DNA of 62,062 bases, filler included, from Hausera hauseri (Eukaryota), in the NCBI GenBank assembly GCA_046269625.1. It is 12 parts of 12 records of this genome, joined end to end, with 100 filler letters (N's around TTAATTAATTAA, not from the genome) between each part and the next. Parts side by side here need not be neighbours in the genome. Positions count along the whole stretch, not along the records: positions 57,064 to 62,062 come from JBJURY010365816.1; 11 more parts are not named here. One strand, given 5' to 3'. The notes below the pieces were generated by a model, which worked only from the letters and a program-made list of their open reading frames with translations, was not told the origin of the DNA and did no database searches. Below are positions 57,943 through 62,062 of this stretch, piece by piece (the stretch's first letter is position 1; each line of letters starts with the position of its first letter). The translations under genes and the position numbers were made by a program.

Positions 57943-60900
57943 GTAGCAGTAGCCGCACCTTTGAGGGGAAACTCAGTCACCCTGCAATTTGGGGTCCGTC
58001 GCGACGAGGCTGACGTCTCGGCCGTCAACCCTGCGCCGGCCGGTCAGACGGTGCATTTCGCGTCAGCCCGCAACACGCCTCAGGGAATACTACTTTTCCC
58101 CTCTATTTTCCTTTTCCTAAATAATAAGCACATATACACACTCATTACATTACAGTTACATATTGCAACCCTTCGTAACTTCATTTCTTCCTTACTCAAC
58201 TCTTCCGATTTCTATCTTACACATAAGGGTTTTATAGTACCCCTCACCGGAATCCTTCCATCTTTCCCAACTCACACTAGTCTCCACATACATTTCCGTA
58301 CCCGTGGTGGTATAAACTCATTGCCAACCATAGACACCACGGATAAAACCACCACGAAACCAAAATCTATCATATTGCTTCAAAAACCCATTCCTACGCC
58401 TGTTGGCAACCTCCCACCCATTACCCCTTTCGCTCCTCTTTCCCACTGCACCGAATTCTTTAATGACAACCAAGGCTCCAGCAAAACTTGGTTGCAATTT
58501 CATCAACTATGGCTGGATGCAAATAACATTACTGACTCTTTAACTAAAGTACGTAATCTTCTCTTCTTAATGCCTAATAACATCACAACACGCATTCACA
58601 ACATCATCGAAATCTTTGAACTTTCTGACCCATATCCCACCTCTTCAACGCCGTTCTCAAGATCACAGAATCTCCATGGAGACGATCATACAACGCTTCT
58701 TCCACGACAATGCTATAGGCACCCAATGACCATCAAAATTCTTATGCACCTCTTTGGCACATCTACATACCTTCGGCGTCACTAAAGAGCACAAACCAGA
58801 TCTACTGCGCCACTATTTCTTTAATGCATCACTTATCCAAATCCGGGCTCTACTTACCGTGGTGGAGGACTCCACACCGCTTGAGAAATTAGCCGTATTA
58901 CCGACAGGGCACACGACATCCTACACGTAAATTTTCTACCAGTTGTTTTAGCAGCAGTTTCCGCTAACGATAATACACCCATAGAACAACAACTTAATCA
59001 GCTACGTGCTGAAAATATTGCATTGCATGCAACAGTCAACAATATCAATAATATATTAAACTAATTGTCTCTGTCCCGCCGAAGGGGTTTTTGCCGCCGA
59101 CCGCGCCCGTTTTGCGTCTAGAAACCGCTCACCATCGTCTGCGCGTTCGTCCATCTGCTATTACCACAGCAGATTTAATACTAATGCTCAGAAGTGCTGC
59201 CTAGGGTGCAAAGTTTATAACAAGAGTTTTTTCTCGGACACCGTTGTTTGCACCTATCATGCAAGGTTTAAAAATCAGGCTCGTAAATGCATTCCAGTTT
59301 GCACTTTCAAATCAAACACGAAAGACGGACGTACTGTTTTTCCTTCTAACAGTCGTCCTAATTAACCCTTTCAAAAAAACTAAGTTTGCCGCCAGAAGTC
59401 ACGGCAAACTCTGGAAAAGGCACTACTTCACTTTCTGAACGCCGACACGTTTTTTTTGCTGTCTTTACACTAAAGGCAGCAATCACTGCTCCTACAACGC
59501 AATCTGTTGACTTCCTCATTGATACAGATACAGCGATATCCTTATTACCACAAACCTTTCCTGTACAAAATTCTCCATTCAGAATTAAGCCCTTATACAC
59601 TGCTTCAGTCCAACCGCTGCACATTTCTGGCATGGCTAAATTATCTTTTACTTTACCAAATTTTCCTTTACCTTTCCGCTGGACGTTCACAGTCGCTAAC
59701 GTTCAGACGGCAATTCTAGGATCCGACTTTCTCTCGCACTATAATTTACTGGTTGACTGCAGTCAACGATGTTTGACGAACGGCATTACTGGCAACATTT
59801 CTGGACATGTTAATAGCATTTCGATTACCGCGCAGTCGACCGAAATGCGGAGGTGAATCTTAAAAAAGTCAATAAATAATTCCAATTTCCATAATAATAA
59901 CTCTATTTGTAAATTTTTAAATAATAATACTGATATTGAATTGAGGTTCGATGTCAATAATTGTGGCACTGCCACCAACATTAATTCATTCCAAGAAAAT
60001 ACTTCATCCAACACCGTTTTCAATTCGACCATCTTACATCAAATACCACTTGACTGCACATCACCTAACAACTCACAAATTGCATCCGCTACTACTCAAG
60101 CCGTTTCACCACTTCCACTAAATCTCTCACAGTTGCATACAACTTTACAGCAATTCATCAAAACATTATGTCCACGCGTACTTAAAAAAGATCGTACGTT
60201 TACTCCCGCAAACAGTACTGTACACCACATAGTAACACAGCATAAACGACCAATATGCCAAAAAGTACGACCTCTGTCACTTTGCTGTAGGCAGGCCGTA
60301 AAAACCGAATTTCTTGAACTAGAACGTTCCGGCATTGTACGCCGTTCCAAATCTCCTTGGTCATCACCTTTACACGTTGTACAAAAAAGGATGGTAACTT
60401 TAGACCATGCGGTGACTACCGACAGCTGAACAACTTGACTATCATGGATGCGTACCCTTTACCACTCATCAAGGATATCTTGCATCGTCTTAATTCAACA
60501 CAATCTACTCGACCATTGATCTACCTAAAGCATGTCATCAAATACCGGTGGCACCCGAAGACATAGAAAAAACTGCGGTAACTACTCCTTTTGGTCCCTA
60601 TGAATACTTGTTTATGCCATTCGGTTTGCGGAATGCTGCACAAACTTTTCAGCGACATATCGATTTAATTCTTTCATACTTCCCGTTTGCACACCCTTAT
60701 ATCGATGATATTCTAGTCGTTTCATCTTCGGCCAAACAACACGAGAAACATCTTTGCGCAATATTCCAACGTCTTAACCACCATAATCTTTAGATCACTT
60801 TTGACAAATGCAATTTCTTCAAAAAGCGCATTAACTTTTTAGGCCACGTTATTACACCAGACGGTCATTCTTCCCAATCAGACCGAGTTGATGCTCTTAA

Positions 60901-62062
60901 AAACATCCAGTTGCCACGTACAACCACCGAAATGCGCAGCTTCCTTGGCACACTACACTGTACATAAATACGTACCATATTGCTCAAAATTGACAGCACC
61001 ATTCGCACACCTAAGCGGCGGCAAAAAACATCAGCCAATCCAGTGGACACCTGAATTGGTTGACAAATTCGACAAGCTACGCGAAGTCATCAAAACCGTA
61101 GATATTCTAGCCTTTCCCAAGCCTGATGCAGAACTCATCCTTACTACAGATGCGTCAACCACTGCTGTAGGCGCTGTACTCCACCAGATTTACAAGGGAG
61201 AAAATGAACCATTAGAATTTTTCTCTCGCAAGCTAATGGCACCTGAAACCAAATATTCTACGTTCGATTGAGATCTATTGGCCATTGTTCTCGCTTTAAA
61301 GCATTTCTCACATCTACTAGTAGCTCGTCATTTCACTCTACAAACTGATCACAAGCCCTTACTTAACATAATGGTCATGAAACACCGTTCCACACGCCAA
61401 GAATGACAAAGATCATACTTATTGACATTTAACTTCGATATTAAACATATTAACGGGGTAACAATTTGGTTGCTGATTTTTTATCTAGGTCGGTTAGTTC
61501 AATTAATTTTTATACCATTTTTACGCAAGATCAACTTCAACAGAACCAGCCACCTCAAGACATGCGTAAGTCTTTTAAGTTTTGCACAATCGCTGACGGC
61601 GTGGCTTTAGACACCTCCAAACCCGGCCATTCCTTAATAATTCTAGCACTATCATTGCAAAGGCAAGCTTTTCATAATGTGAATTCACTACACCATCCTG
61701 GTGCTAAAGCCACTTTTCGTTTACTTTATCGACAAGTAATATGGACATCAATGCGTTCTGATGTGCAGGAATGGGGTAAGGAGTGTGTGGCTTGCCAAAA
61801 ATACAAAACAGCTATGCATTTAAAGACACCACTATTCCACTTTTCCTGCACATCGCATTTCGAGTCTGTGCATATCGACATCGTTAGCCCTCTTCCTCCA
61901 GACAACAGTCATCAGTTTAACCTCATCATGATGAACCGATCCTCGCGATGGGCAGAAGCCATCCCTCTGTGGAGCACAAACACCGACACCATAGCTGACG
62001 TTTTCATTCGTACATGGATTAGCAGGTTTGGATCACCTCGCTTCATCATCACGGACCAGGGT
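57943..62062 (+). mobile_element. Ty3/gypsy family B: UBL-Gag, two knuckles, PR, RT, RH, IN (degenerate, runs off window)
   Basis: ICYYHSRF..AQKC..GC and VCTYHARF..ARKC..VC; FLIDTD..ILGSDFL; [27 protein letters not shown]; TTDAS; VHIDIV; ITDQG. Confidence 0.95.
58099..58311 (+). other. Ubiquitin-like domain ending in di-glycine at the N-terminus of Gag
   Basis: 71 codons: PSIFLFLNNKHIYTL...IATLRNFISSLL..SDFYLTHKG...TSLHIHFRTRGG, compared with ubiquitin MQIFVK..TITL..IENVKAKI..RLIFAG..STLHLVLRLRGG. Confidence 0.8.

Overview
This window is not one locus. It is 12 short eukaryotic contigs (about 4-6 kb each) joined by artificial 100-bp spacers (44 N + TTAATTAATTAA + 44 N), so gene order across spacers means nothing. 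Content is mostly mobile DNA. There are five Ty3/gypsy retrotransposon fragments, four Polinton/Maverick-type protein-primed PolB fragments plus AGTAGT-type termini, a ~168-bp satellite with higher-order structure, and SINE/LINE remnants. The recognisable host genes are all damaged: a C2H2 zinc finger resembling flatworm zfp-1, PSMD14/Rpn11, ABT1/Esf2 and a divergent alpha-tubulin. Main discovery: two diverged copies of one gypsy lineage carry a ~72-aa ubiquitin-like domain at the N-terminus of Gag, ending LHIHFRTRGG and LTLHFRLPAG. This suggests host deubiquitinase processing of Gag. A second gypsy family has an extra active-looking aspartic protease and a catalytically dead one after integrase. 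These are followed by a long in-frame extension with two signal-peptide/TM hairpins. All calls come from manual motif recognition; no searches were run.
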